Both the position numbers and the translations under genes were made by a program. A stretch of DNA of 64,000 bases from a virus (taxonomy: Duplodnaviria; Caudoviricetes). The notes beneath the pieces were generated by a model, which worked only from the letters and a program-made list of their open reading frames with translations, was not told where the DNA came from and did no database searches. Location of the stretch: IMG/VR virus record IMGVR_UViG_3300014204_000154, positions 19,666-83,665 of that record; one strand, 5' to 3'. Below, one piece after another: positions 27,070 through 37,100 of this stretch; the stretch's first letter is position 1; every line of letters begins with the position of its first letter.

Positions 27070-27899
27070 TTTGCTTCCGCTTCCGCAGTCAATAAAGAAC
27101 GGAACCCATATTGACCAAATCCCGCTTTGAACTTGGTTGGCGAAATCTCATCTTCATCCAAATTAATCGGCTTGATCGGCTTCTTCCCGGCGAAGGGCAG
27201 ACCAACCAATCGCTGATTGAACTGTATGAGCTGTTTTGAATCCTCTATCAAACCCCGTTTACTGCCCAAAAGGATTTTTGCAACATACTTCGCCGCCGTA
27301 ATTTCCCCGACTCCCGGAACCCCAACCACATTGTCGCTTGTACAACCGCTGATCGCCTTAACGTTTGGCCAATCTATCGGCTTCAATCCAAACCAACTCT
27401 TTGAAAATTCCTCTTCGGTATTAATCACTTTAAAATTCCACATCCGCACAGGACAAAAGCGATCATTCTTCAACAACTGAAATAGATCGTTGTCAGCCGA
27501 AACGATCATTGTATCATCCGGGATGCGATAAACTATGTAAGCGATAAGATCATCGGCTTCATATCCTCCTTGATGGAATATGTTCTTGAATCCCAGATAT
27601 GGCAGAAACCTCTCCCTCAATTCGTCAAATTGAGCATAAGCATCCTCAAGGTCTGCCGTTTCTTCCTCTGTCATATCAACACGCCGATGCGCCTTATATT
27701 CCGGATATATCAATTTGCGATAGGAGTGCCGGGAATCCCAACAGAATATGAATTTGTTCGTCTTGAATTCGTCCGCCAACTTCAAGATTTGAAGCATAAA
27801 CCCGAAGATCACCCCAACCCTCTTTTCGTCATAAGACAACCCGCTCATCTTATGAAAGGATCGATATGCCAGATATGCGCAATCAACGACGATTCTCAT
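27039..27899 (-). CDS. 5'-3' exonuclease / flap endonuclease (T4 RNase H-like)
   Basis: IVVDC, YKAHR, YEADD, SADND, DNVVGVPGVGEITA. Confidence 0.92.
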   Translation of the reverse strand: MRIVVDCAYLAYRSFHKMSGLSYDEKRVGVIFGFMLQILKLADEFKTNKFIFCWDSRHSYRKLIYPEYKAHRRVDMTEEETADLEDAYAQFDELRERFLPYLGFKNIFHQGGYEADDLIAYIVYRIPDDTMIVSADNDLFQLLKNDRFCPVRMWNFKVINTEEEFSKSWFGLKPIDWPNVKAISGCTSDNVVGVPGVGEITAAKYVAKILLGSKRGLIEDSKQLIQFNQRLVGLPFAGKKPIKPINLDEDEISPTKFKAGFGQYGFRSLLTAEAEAKWMKSFFGVK

Positions 27900-27902
27900 T
27901 GA

Positions 27903-29111
27903 TTAATACCTCTTTTCACGATCCGTTTTGATAGCCGATTCAATTTCCAGCCAAGCCTCTTCCGCCCGATCCGCCAGAACGTCCTGAAGATGCTCCCTTT
28001 CAATCTTGGAAACCAAATCGGCTCTTTTATAACCGCCTCCAGCCTCTTCCAACTCCTTCTTGCTGAGATCGTCCCAATTGATTTTATCAACCTTTGGCCC
28101 ATAAAGATAGGCCAGACACGAAGAAATATCATCAACCCCGTAATCAAACAAAGCTTGAAATTCCGCTTCACGAAACGGCTTGCCCACTTTGTTTCGCTCA
28201 ATCCGGGCAAGAACACGAACACCATGCGGCCTTTTCTCCCCCCGGAATTGTGTTATCATCTTTTCCTGTTCGTATAGCCACGCAACAACATGGGTATAGA
28301 AATTGAGCGCCTTGCCACCATTCCGTTTATACTTCTTTCCATATGTGACGCCAATCGCTTCCCGAATCTGAGAAACGATCATAAGCGTGACATCCTTCCC
28401 AGACATGCGATCACAGATATTGTCAAAGAATGAATCGCTCAAATATTTCGCTTTTTCCGCTCCCGCTCCATAAGATCCTTCTTCTGCCTTATCGGTTTTT
28501 GCCGCCTTATCAAACCGTTCCTTTGCTTCTTCGGTCGAAGTCGCATCCAAAGAGTCCAAGATATAAAGCAACAACTCTCCCGGTTTATTGGCATCCAATG
28601 CCCTCGTAAACCGGCGACCAAACTGTTCCACCGTTCTTGACCGGACCCATTCAACAACGCGATTCGGATCAACTGGAATATTGGGGTTTATCTTCCCATC
28701 ATACCCATTGGCAAACTGTTCCCCGTACATCTCTGGCACTGGAAAGTCCATCACCCCCTCAACGTTGTCGTAAATGATCCTGATTTTCTTGACCCGCGGA
28801 AAATTGCGGGAGACTGATCCCATCATCTTGTAAAATACCCTTGCCGCCAATTCCAACATCAACAACGTCTTTCCGCTTGAACCGTCTCCAACAACATTTG
28901 ATATCCGGCCTCTGGGCCATCCACCCCTTCGACCCATACCGGAAATTGCCAAATTGATCATCGTACAACCGGAATGGAGAAAATCAATAACAGAATCAAC
29001 AATTGCTCCGCAAACCCCCTTGCGTTCTTCAATAATTTCCTTCGCAGGTTCCGGCCGTGATTCCTCCGCATGAAAAACTCCAACGCCGCCGCCATCCCGA
29101 TTGATTTTCAT
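27903..29111 (-). CDS. recA: RecA/UvsX-like recombinase
   Basis: GDGSSGKT, ILDSL, SQIR, GGKALNFY, RNKVGKPFRE. Confidence 0.9.
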   Translation of the reverse strand: MKINRDGGGVGVFHAEESRPEPAKEIIEERKGVCGAIVDSVIDFLHSGCTMINLAISGMGRRGGWPRGRISNVVGDGSSGKTLLMLELAARVFYKMMGSVSRNFPRVKKIRIIYDNVEGVMDFPVPEMYGEQFANGYDGKINPNIPVDPNRVVEWVRSRTVEQFGRRFTRALDANKPGELLLYILDSLDATSTEEAKERFDKAAKTDKAEEGSYGAGAEKAKYLSDSFFDNICDRMSGKDVTLMIVSQIREAIGVTYGKKYKRNGGKALNFYTHVVAWLYEQEKMITQFRGEKRPHGVRVLARIERNKVGKPFREAEFQALFDYGVDDISSCLAYLYGPKVDKINWDDLSKKELEEAGGGYKRADLVSKIEREHLQDVLADRAEEAWLEIESAIKTDREKRY

Positions 29112-29128
29112 AATTTCCTCTTCTCAAG

Positions 29129-29174
29129 AAAAATGGGGAAACCGGCCGATTCAATATGGTTGGCCGATTTCCCC
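29129..29174 (-). terminator. terminator-like hairpin after the SSB gene
   Basis: GGGGAAA-CGGCC/GGCCG-TTTCCCC interrupted stem followed by ATTTTT. Confidence 0.6.
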
Positions 29175-29189
29175 TGGGTTCAAATCCCG

Positions 29190-30386
29190 TTACCGTGCTG
29201 CGCGCTCAAGCCGGTCATTCTCCTTGGCGCAATCCTTCCATCTGGGGCACTTCTCGCATTCCGGCTTTTCATCGATATCCTTGCCGAAAACGTGGCCAGA
29301 CGGGCATCCATCCGTAGCCGCCCCGCCAACCGGCGCTGCCGATGCTGCTGATGTCGCCGCTATTGCCGCAGCGGACCCGGAAGGCTGTTGAGCAGGAGCT
29401 GCCGCTTGCTCCTTTTTCTTCTTCAAAGCGGCCAGCCTTGCCTCCAATTCCTCAGCCTCCAATTCTTCCGGAGACTTGGCCGGGGCAACGGGCTGAGCAA
29501 TGGTGGTTGGAACATCCTTTTCCGCCGCCGTGGTGGTTCCGGCATCATATTTCGCCGCTCTATCTGCATTTGTCTGGGCACCCCCCGAAGACGGAACAAA
29601 AACGCCGGCCGCATTCTTGTCCATCGGAATCCCATAGAACGATTCATATGCTGACGCAACCGTGGGCCAGGCAATGAGATCATCCAGGGCATGAGTCGCC
29701 TTCAAAACCTCATCCGGTATCGGGGTGCGACGATCTTCGAATTTAACCCCGATGAATTTGGTTTTCTCATCAGTGCCCTGCCGATCAAAGGCGATGGACC
29801 TGCCTTCGTCATCGTCCATATAAGGCACGTAATTCTCGATACCGGCCGCTTCTCCGGGCAAAACGGTCCTGCGGGAAATGGAATCCAGATATTGCTGGAG
29901 CAAATATGCCGATGTTTCGAAAACCTGAGCGCCATCCCCCGGATTGCGACGATCATAGACATTATAGATCGTCCGGGGCCAATTGGCGTACTTGAGTTTG
30001 TCAGTGACTTCCTTCCCCGCTCCTGCTGCCGACTTCAGGCGATATTCCTTGCAAACCGGGCAAAAGGCGCCATGACCAAAGATTTCTTCCCGCCGCCGTT
30101 GATCCTTGAACGTCTGCTCAATGCAAATGATGTCGCTTCCATCTGTTGCAGCGCCCCGATGGATAAAAATCCGAAGCACATAGGCCATCGAACAGGCATA
30201 GATCGGATCGAATTTTCCCGACATATACATCAAGATGTCGAAAAGGTTTGGCCCCTCCTTGCATTTGTAATACTTGACCCCCCGAACATCCGCCCGGAAA
30301 AGACTGCCGGTGCGCCGATAATACTGATTTTCGGTGTCCATCCGCTTTTGCATTTCCTCTTTCATTGAACGTCTTGATTCCCTCAT
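29190..30386 (-). CDS. gp32-like single-stranded DNA-binding protein with Cys-rich C-terminal domain
   Basis: CPVC; position between UvsY-like and RecA genes; Ala/Pro linker; C-terminal CPSGH...CEKC...C. Confidence 0.65.
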   Translation of the reverse strand: MRESRRSMKEEMQKRMDTENQYYRRTGSLFRADVRGVKYYKCKEGPNLFDILMYMSGKFDPIYACSMAYVLRIFIHRGAATDGSDIICIEQTFKDQRRREEIFGHGAFCPVCKEYRLKSAAGAGKEVTDKLKYANWPRTIYNVYDRRNPGDGAQVFETSAYLLQQYLDSISRRTVLPGEAAGIENYVPYMDDDEGRSIAFDRQGTDEKTKFIGVKFEDRRTPIPDEVLKATHALDDLIAWPTVASAYESFYGIPMDKNAAGVFVPSSGGAQTNADRAAKYDAGTTTAAEKDVPTTIAQPVAPAKSPEELEAEELEARLAALKKKKEQAAAPAQQPSGSAAAIAATSAASAAPVGGAATDGCPSGHVFGKDIDEKPECEKCPRWKDCAKENDRLERAAR

Positions 30387-30538
30387 ACTTCATTCCTCCT
30401 TCTTGATTGCTTTGATTTTCGATCAAACCATAATTTTGCCTGAAAGTAGCTTCTGAGCGCTCCATATGTCAAGATGCGCCAAACGATATACCCAATCAGG
30501 ATAGACGCCGGAACTATGAAAAGCCACTTTCCATCCAT
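30383..30538 (-). CDS. small membrane protein (51 aa)
   Basis: Not in track; MDGKWLFIVPASILIGYIVWRILTYGALRSYFQAKLWFDRKSKQSRRRNEV; AAGGAG SD. Confidence 0.6.
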   Translation of the reverse strand: MDGKWLFIVPASILIGYIVWRILTYGALRSYFQAKLWFDRKSKQSRRRNEV

Positions 30539-30539
30539 T

Positions 30540-31067
30540 TTATCTCCTTATCCCCACACGCCCCGTTGCCTGAGCCTTCTTCTCTTGCGCCTCTCTCTGA
30601 ACCCGCTCCTGCTCCACCGATTCCTCATTTTTCCGATCAATCGCCTCTTCGCGCTTCGCAGCGGTGTATCCTTCGGGCATTGTGCGTTTCCGATCCGAAT
30701 CATCAGAGAAATGATCCAAAGCCTTCTTCTTGTGCTCCATTGCCCATTTCAACCCGTCCAGGCGCTCATACTCCGCTTCGGCATCAATCAACGTTCTGGA
30801 CACCGCCTCATAACGCGGATCGGCGTGAACCTCATTGTCCACCCGCGTATCACTTGGCGGTTTCCCGTCCAAGGCGGTCAGAGCGGCCCGATGTTCCTTG
30901 AACAACTGCGCCTTGAGAACCTTCTTGTCCAGCCATGCCTCGTTCTTCTTCTTCAAAGCATCAGCACATTGATCCACATAGTTGGCATAGACTCCCGCCT
31001 GTCTGATCCACTCGCCATCCAGATCGTTTCGATTGACTTCAAAATCCTTTGAATTGCTTCCCAACAT
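30540..31067 (-). CDS. UvsY-like recombination mediator
   Basis: Helical protein, NDLDGEW..QA...; upstream of SSB/RecA. Confidence 0.6.
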   Translation of the reverse strand: MLGSNSKDFEVNRNDLDGEWIRQAGVYANYVDQCADALKKKNEAWLDKKVLKAQLFKEHRAALTALDGKPPSDTRVDNEVHADPRYEAVSRTLIDAEAEYERLDGLKWAMEHKKKALDHFSDDSDRKRTMPEGYTAAKREEAIDRKNEESVEQERVQREAQEKKAQATGRVGIRR

Positions 31068-31090
31068 AATTTCCTCCTTGACCTTTCTTA

Positions 31091-31108
31091 GATATTATAC
31101 CCTGTTTT
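31091..31108 (-). promoter_or_regulatory. copy of the AAAACAGGGTATAATATC promoter-like motif
   Basis: Matches 3264-3282; lies 5' of the uvsY-ssb genes. Confidence 0.55.
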
Positions 31109-31110
31109 AT

Positions 31111-32034
31111 TTATTTTTGAGGAAGATTCGATAACATATAACACGCATATGTTATCCCACTTTTCCCACTAAATGACGGCAACCTTAAAAACTCCTCCAA
31201 TATCAATGCCGCCATGTCGTCTTTTTTCCCATTTACAAGGATGGCGGCCACATATCCTTGAACCCCCATTCTGATTTTCTCCGCATCGTCAGTGAGTGAT
31301 CTTACAATCGCCGCTGTTTCCTTCCACGGCTTTCTGTTCAACAACGATTGAATCAGATCCTTTGTAACATGGCTCACGGCGGATCGAATCAATGAAATTG
31401 CTTCATCGTCATTTTCGATCCCGCGCACCGTATCCATAGTGACCAGGATTTCCCTTGGGATTCCTTCACATGAATCGATGATTGCTTGGCGAACAGCGGG
31501 AGATAGCCGGAACCCTTCCTCATGACAAACCATTTTGATCAAAAAGGCTTGATCAATAACGGTCAATGGCGCAACTTCATAAACCTTGGCGCGGCTCTTA
31601 ACCGTAGTTGGAACCTTGTTGAGATCTGTTGTACACAAGGCAAAATAGCAAAACTCAGGCGGATTTTCCAATGTCTTGAGAAGAGAATCTGCCGCCGCAC
31701 CAGAGAGACGATGACATTCGTCAATAATGTACATCTTATTTTTTCCATGAAGCGGATAACTTTGCGCAGCCTCCTTAATGGATCTGGCATTATCGACTCC
31801 GGTGTTGTCAGCAGCATCAATTTCCATCAAATCTAACCCTTTGGCGCCAACGCTATCCCCAATCAACCGGGCAATGGTGGTTTTCCCACACCCTCTCGGT
31901 CCACAAAGCAGGAACGTCCTTGTGCGGGGAATTGCTGGGACAAGAGACTTTTTCAAGACCTCATTGCCAATCAAATCATCAAACGTTGCCGGCCGATACT
32001 TCAAGTGAAGCTCAACTCTCTTCTCCTCTGTCAT
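31111..32034 (-). CDS. dnaX: DNA Pol III gamma/tau-like clamp loader
   Basis: KYRPATFDDLIG, GPRGCGKTT, IIDECH, LLKTLENPP, SR. Confidence 0.92.
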   Translation of the reverse strand: MTEEKRVELHLKYRPATFDDLIGNEVLKKSLVPAIPRTRTFLLCGPRGCGKTTIARLIGDSVGAKGLDLMEIDAADNTGVDNARSIKEAAQSYPLHGKNKMYIIDECHRLSGAAADSLLKTLENPPEFCYFALCTTDLNKVPTTVKSRAKVYEVAPLTVIDQAFLIKMVCHEEGFRLSPAVRQAIIDSCEGIPREILVTMDTVRGIENDDEAISLIRSAVSHVTKDLIQSLLNRKPWKETAAIVRSLTDDAEKIRMGVQGYVAAILVNGKKDDMAALILEEFLRLPSFSGKSGITYACYMLSNLPQK

Positions 32035-35000
32035 CTCAATCCTCCTATTGAATTAATCTTATCAGCAAAATTCCGTATACCCTCTTGAAATAATTTCTTA
32101 TTTTCTGGATTCCTTAAAACGGAAGACGGATGAAGACCCCAGCAAACCCACACTCCCTTGGAAGGTATCCATTCCGTTGTGCCACACAATTTCGTGATGC
32201 CGCCATCCTCGTTCTTGAAATACTTCAAAGCGACATTACCCAAAGCCAGACACAACCTCGTTCCGGTATTCTTGATTTCTTCGTCAAGCCATCGGGAACA
32301 GGCAGCAATATGGATATCCTTTGGAGTCCTTGTTATACTTGGGAAGCATTTAACCACATTCGTAACATGAAACTGCCTTCGCGTGAGACCATAGATGAAC
32401 AACGTCTCCCAAAGAAGATCGCCAGAGCGCCCAACAAACCCTTTCCCTTCAAGGTCTTCATTACTTCCCGGCGCTTCCCCGACAATCATTGCGTTGTAAA
32501 TACCCATCGAAGGAAGCACCGGCTGTCTGGCTTCCCCCCTCAAGGCGCAATCCTTACAATAAAGCAATTCGACATCTCTCCAGCGTCTCTGAAGCACAAA
32601 GCATTCCCGGTCCTGCGGCTTTCCGATAATCGAAACGATATCAAATGAAAAATATTTGGCCAAATCGCCAGTCGGTTCAGATCCGTCTAAACCGACCTCT
32701 TTGATGATTTTATCCATCTTGACAGAATGTTTCACCGGCTCAAGATCGCCCAAGCTAAATGCCCTTTCATCCTTGACTCTATATTGAGCATAATCCCCAG
32801 CAGTTTTGTCTCCTATGCCTTTGATTTCTACAAATGGGACATATATGTTGCCGTCTCTGGAAATCCATTGTTTGGCATCAGAAATCCCAAGCCGGGGCAA
32901 GATAACTTTCAACCCTCTTCGAAGCGCCTCTTTCACCAAATCGTCTTTCTTGTCATCCTTCCCTAATGTAAGGTTGGCACAGATGAATTCGGCCGGGAAA
33001 AATAGTTTCAAAAAGGCGCACCAATAGGCAATTATGGAATACTCAACTGAATGAGATTTATTGAAGGAATATCTCGCATGATTCTGAAGGGCTTCCCAAA
33101 ATTCTATGGCTTCCTGCTCGTTAAACGTCTTCTGTTCCAAACATCCGTTAATGAATGCTTCTTCGTATGGCTTGAACTCCTTCGCATCCCTCTTCTTTCC
33201 AATAACCTTCCGGATCTTATCTGCTGTCGAATAAGGCAACCCTGCCACCAGATTGATCACCTGCATCACTTGTTCTTGATAAACGACGATTCCATATGTA
33301 TTCTTTGTAATATTTTCATAAATCCGATTCTTCTTCTGCCATTTCGCTCCATGCTTCCTCTTAACATAATCATCAGTGAGACCACTATCCGATGGCCCCG
33401 GACGAACCAAAGCAATGACATCGCTCATCAACCCGAAATTTTCAATCCCAACCTGTTTTACAAGCTTGGTGGTCGAATATGTATTGAATTGAAAAACTCC
33501 TTCAGTTTCTCCTTTTGAGAGCATTTCAAATACTTGAGGGTTATCCAAGGAAATATGATCGAAATCAATTTCTTTTCCATGGTTTTTCAAAATCAATCGC
33601 CGACTCTCATTTAAAATTGAAAGAGTATTAAGACCAAGAGCGTCAAGCTTCATCAAGCCCATATATTCTGCGTCATCTTTTGCCCAATTGATAACATCCT
33701 GGTCTGATCTGATCGCAAGATTTCCTCTAGTCCCCAAAGTCAAATCTTCTGCAGAAACTATAATTGCTGCAGCATGCTGCGAATATCCTCGAATTTGGCC
33801 CTCAAGCCGAACAGCATAATCAACGACATTTGGATACTTATCAACAAACGGATGGCGTTGTTCTTCAATCGATTGTTGAACAGAATTGTTATCATTACCT
33901 TCGTCTTCAATAATTTTGACAAATTCATTTACTTCTGAAATCGGGACATCGAAAACCCGCGAAACATCCCTAACAATCCCCCTCCCCTTCATTCTTTGAA
34001 AAGTCGTAACCGATGCAATATGATTCTTCCCATACAATTCCTCAAGATGCTGCCGAACCAATGGCCGTTTAACATCTTCGAAGTCAATATCAATATCTGG
34101 CAACCCTTGCCTTTCCTCGTCAATAAATCGAGAGAAGAGAAGGTCATACTTAATTGGATCGGCAACCCTAGTTATCCCCATCAAATAAGCAATCAAACTG
34201 CCCCCAACCGATCCGCGGCCAGGTCCTACGAAAATGTCATTTTCTTTACACCATAATATCAACTCGTGGATTAAAAGGAAATAACGGATGAATTTTTTCT
34301 TCTTGATCAATTCAAACTCTTCCCAGAAACGATCCAGATATTTTTGATCCCATTCGGAAGATCCGAACAGCCGTTCATAGCCTTCAAAACATAACTTCTT
34401 CAAAAAATCTGGTTCTTGATCCTCTGGAACTGATTTAAGTGTTGGCAACCAAATGCTCTTTTCTTGAATAAAAAAAGACGAACACTTTTCAGCAATTGCC
34501 ATTGCGTTCCGCATTGCCAAAAGATACTGACCCCTTAACAATACTCCTTGAGCAGCAAAAGCGTCCTTCATTTCCTGCTCGGATCGAAGGAAAAGACCTT
34601 GGATTTTGAATTTGAAACGGTCCTCCTCATTCCATGTTTTCTTGGTCTGAATCGCCAACAAGACCTCTTGAAGATCACTATCGCCTTCATCAACATAATG
34701 GCAATCATTGGTAGCCACCATCTCTATTCCATATGTTTCATGAATCGAAACGCAAAATTGATTAACAGACAATTGATCCGGGAATGAATGCGGCATAACT
34801 TCCAGATAAACGTCGCCTGGGATCTTCTCATTCAATCGAAGAATAAAGTTATATCCAGACTTATCCAACAATGGCGTGGCCGCACAGCCGGAGAGGAAAA
34901 CAAGACCGTCACAATGATCCAGAATGAAATTGAAATCCGCTCTTGGCCTTGAATAGAATCCTTTCAAATTTGCCACAGTAAGAATCTGACAAAGGTTCTG

Positions 35001-35285
35001 GAATCCTTTCTCATCCTTGATTAACGCCGTAACATGAAAGCGGTGATCAGAAGGAATCTTAACAACCATATCCGGAACAACATATAATTCACAACCATAT
35101 ATCGGAGTTATCCCGGCCTTCTTCGACTCTGATTGAAAATTCAACAACCCGTCTATATTGGCGTGATTGGTAAGAGCCAAATGGGTTTGCCCCAATTCCT
35201 TGGCCCTTTTCAGATATTGATCCGCTTTTCCAACGCCATCAAGGATAGAATACTCATTGTGGACGTGAAGATGGCAAAATGACAT
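32031..35285 (-). CDS. dnaE: DNA polymerase III alpha fused to C-terminal family-4 uracil-DNA glycosylase
   Basis: PHP HLHVH/TNH; GPGRGS; PDIDIDF; KLDALGL; YSFNKSH; then CKDC.L...VGEAPG..E..EGKGFVG.SG...NVVKC...C...HPS. Confidence 0.95.
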   Translation of the reverse strand: MSFCHLHVHNEYSILDGVGKADQYLKRAKELGQTHLALTNHANIDGLLNFQSESKKAGITPIYGCELYVVPDMVVKIPSDHRFHVTALIKDEKGFQNLCQILTVANLKGFYSRPRADFNFILDHCDGLVFLSGCAATPLLDKSGYNFILRLNEKIPGDVYLEVMPHSFPDQLSVNQFCVSIHETYGIEMVATNDCHYVDEGDSDLQEVLLAIQTKKTWNEEDRFKFKIQGLFLRSEQEMKDAFAAQGVLLRGQYLLAMRNAMAIAEKCSSFFIQEKSIWLPTLKSVPEDQEPDFLKKLCFEGYERLFGSSEWDQKYLDRFWEEFELIKKKKFIRYFLLIHELILWCKENDIFVGPGRGSVGGSLIAYLMGITRVADPIKYDLLFSRFIDEERQGLPDIDIDFEDVKRPLVRQHLEELYGKNHIASVTTFQRMKGRGIVRDVSRVFDVPISEVNEFVKIIEDEGNDNNSVQQSIEEQRHPFVDKYPNVVDYAVRLEGQIRGYSQHAAAIIVSAEDLTLGTRGNLAIRSDQDVINWAKDDAEYMGLMKLDALGLNTLSILNESRRLILKNHGKEIDFDHISLDNPQVFEMLSKGETEGVFQFNTYSTTKLVKQVGIENFGLMSDVIALVRPGPSDSGLTDDYVKRKHGAKWQKKNRIYENITKNTYGIVVYQEQVMQVINLVAGLPYSTADKIRKVIGKKRDAKEFKPYEEAFINGCLEQKTFNEQEAIEFWEALQNHARYSFNKSHSVEYSIIAYWCAFLKLFFPAEFICANLTLGKDDKKDDLVKEALRRGLKVILPRLGISDAKQWISRDGNIYVPFVEIKGIGDKTAGDYAQYRVKDERAFSLGDLEPVKHSVKMDKIIKEVGLDGSEPTGDLAKYFSFDIVSIIGKPQDRECFVLQRRWRDVELLYCKDCALRGEARQPVLPSMGIYNAMIVGEAPGSNEDLEGKGFVGRSGDLLWETLFIYGLTRRQFHVTNVVKCFPSITRTPKDIHIAACSRWLDEEIKNTGTRLCLALGNVALKYFKNEDGGITKLCGTTEWIPSKGVWVCWGLHPSSVLRNPENKKLFQEGIRNFADKINSIGGLR

Positions 35286-35314
35286 TTCCCGCTCCTCTTT
35301 TCAATCAACCGAAT

Positions 35315-36364
35315 CTATTTGACCAGCGCGATGACTCCGGCAAACTTGCCCGACTTGAAAAGAAGATAACGGTCATCCTTGGGATAATACTCCCGGCCTT
35401 GGGATAGGATGTTCATCAGAAAATTCGGATTGACCTTTAAGGAAGCTCCGGGAGGAAACGACCACTTGTCACTCTTGAGGAATTTCTCATTGATTTCTCC
35501 AAACTGCCGTTCTCCGTGAATAATCAAATTCCCCTTGGGATCAAGCGACAACAAAACAAACTCTCCCCCGTTTTCCCCGGCAGAGGAAAGGACAGCGGCC
35601 CGATCCAACGATTTGATCATGTCTTCCGGAAAAAGAAATGGCGCCCCCAACCCATCAAAATTGAGAAGGTTCTTGATTCCCTCCCTTGGGAAATCGCCTT
35701 TCCTCTTCCGAACACTAAACAAAACTCCGTCTTGTGATCGGAAATGAAGCCAACCCTCAACGGACGAAAACGATTCCATGTTACCAAATTTCAAGATTTC
35801 GCCAACCGCCTTGATGGGCAAAATCGATTCGTCTTCAACCGGGATTGACATTTCGTAAAATCCTGCGCGGAACCCGTCCGTGGCCGCCAATCCATCCGGT
35901 CCAATTGACACGCCGCATCGCGCAGGGAATGCTGAATTGGTTGCCGCAAAGCCTTCTACCAATGCCAGCCCATTCGTGAAATCCGCTGGCAATTTGACCC
36001 ATTTAATGTCAGAGAGAGACAGGTTATCCACCATGGCAAGGATCGAAGCTGGATTTGACGACACCATCTTCAAAACCGTCTTCCCCCCGGAAACTTGAAT
36101 TTTGTTCTCATCAAGCAGCACAAGCCTGATTTCTTCCGTATCGATCTTGGAAACGATCTTGAAGAATTCGACTGCCCGAACAAGGCAACGGACCTCTGCC
36201 TTAAACGGTATCGAAACGGAAATGTCATCATTGAAGGTCTTGATCCATTCCGTATCGAACATGAAAGAATCCGCCCCTTCAAGCAATACATTCTTACTTT
36301 CCACTCCCGGCATAACCTTCTTCAACGCTTCCAGCAATTCAACCCTCTTCATAAACCCCTCCAT
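35315..36364 (-). CDS. dnaN: DNA Pol III beta sliding clamp-like protein
   Basis: 349 aa; LAATDGFRA, GDFP, NPNFL patterns; adjacent to dnaE. Confidence 0.8.
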   Translation of the reverse strand: MEGFMKRVELLEALKKVMPGVESKNVLLEGADSFMFDTEWIKTFNDDISVSIPFKAEVRCLVRAVEFFKIVSKIDTEEIRLVLLDENKIQVSGGKTVLKMVSSNPASILAMVDNLSLSDIKWVKLPADFTNGLALVEGFAATNSAFPARCGVSIGPDGLAATDGFRAGFYEMSIPVEDESILPIKAVGEILKFGNMESFSSVEGWLHFRSQDGVLFSVRKRKGDFPREGIKNLLNFDGLGAPFLFPEDMIKSLDRAAVLSSAGENGGEFVLLSLDPKGNLIIHGERQFGEINEKFLKSDKWSFPPGASLKVNPNFLMNILSQGREYYPKDDRYLLFKSGKFAGVIALVK

Positions 36365-37100
36365 TCGATGCCAAAGAAAAGACCTTGAAAACCCGGAATG
36401 GGCGCAACTTCATCTTAAAATGATAAAGATTGTCATCCCCCAAACAACCGCCATCGTTGACCAACTTATCGTCGCCAATATGGGTATAGAACAAAAGCCG
36501 CATATATTCGCTCAAGAATTGCCCCGGATAGCAAAAGCAATACCGATAATTCACAAATCTATGATTTGAATCCCAAATATTCACGCCATATATCGCGCCG
36601 TTCTGATCAACCAAAACCCAACGATTCTTCCCCGAATCGATATATTTCAAAATGACATCGGCATCCTGAACAATTCTTTCCCGACCTTCTAGCCAAGAAA
36701 CCATCAAGGCGCTCAAATCATCGGTGGGGGTGGCTTCTCTATACAGGAGGGTCAATTCAGGATGTCTAGCCGCAAATTTGCGCGAATTCTTGCGAAAAAC
36801 GGCAACGTCCCCTCCCGTCAAATTGCGGAACAACGCCGGCATATACAAAAAATTATAATCAAGAAACTCCCCGGAAGATAAACCCGGCAAGGAAGACCAA
36901 ACGGGAACTGAACAATGATGAACAATCCCCGTCTTCAATTCTATCGGCGGCAACATCAAGTGGCCTTCTGAATCGGAAACGTACACCGAACCGCCTGAAG
37001 TGTACGTTTCCCATCCAGCCGCTTCAAAATATTCTTCAGAGCACCAAAAATTCGGATCGATTCGAAAGCGCTCCAAAGTCTCAAGGTATTTATTTGTCAT
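36339..37100 (-). CDS. GNAT-fold protein resembling DUF2156 / aminoacyl-tRNA-dependent transferases
   Basis: C-terminal LVNDGGCLGDDNLYHFKMKLRP resembles the DUF2156 motif; start moved to MTNKYL. Confidence 0.5.
   Translation of the reverse strand: MTNKYLETLERFRIDPNFWCSEEYFEAAGWETYTSGGSVYVSDSEGHLMLPPIELKTGIVHHCSVPVWSSLPGLSSGEFLDYNFLYMPALFRNLTGGDVAVFRKNSRKFAARHPELTLLYREATPTDDLSALMVSWLEGRERIVQDADVILKYIDSGKNRWVLVDQNGAIYGVNIWDSNHRFVNYRYCFCYPGQFLSEYMRLLFYTHIGDDKLVNDGGCLGDDNLYHFKMKLRPFRVFKVFSLASNGGVYEEG

Noticed and set aside
29172-29192. tRNA T-arm-like GGGTTCAAATCCC on the + strand
   Set aside because: No acceptor, anticodon or D arm; overlaps a terminator and the SSB stop region
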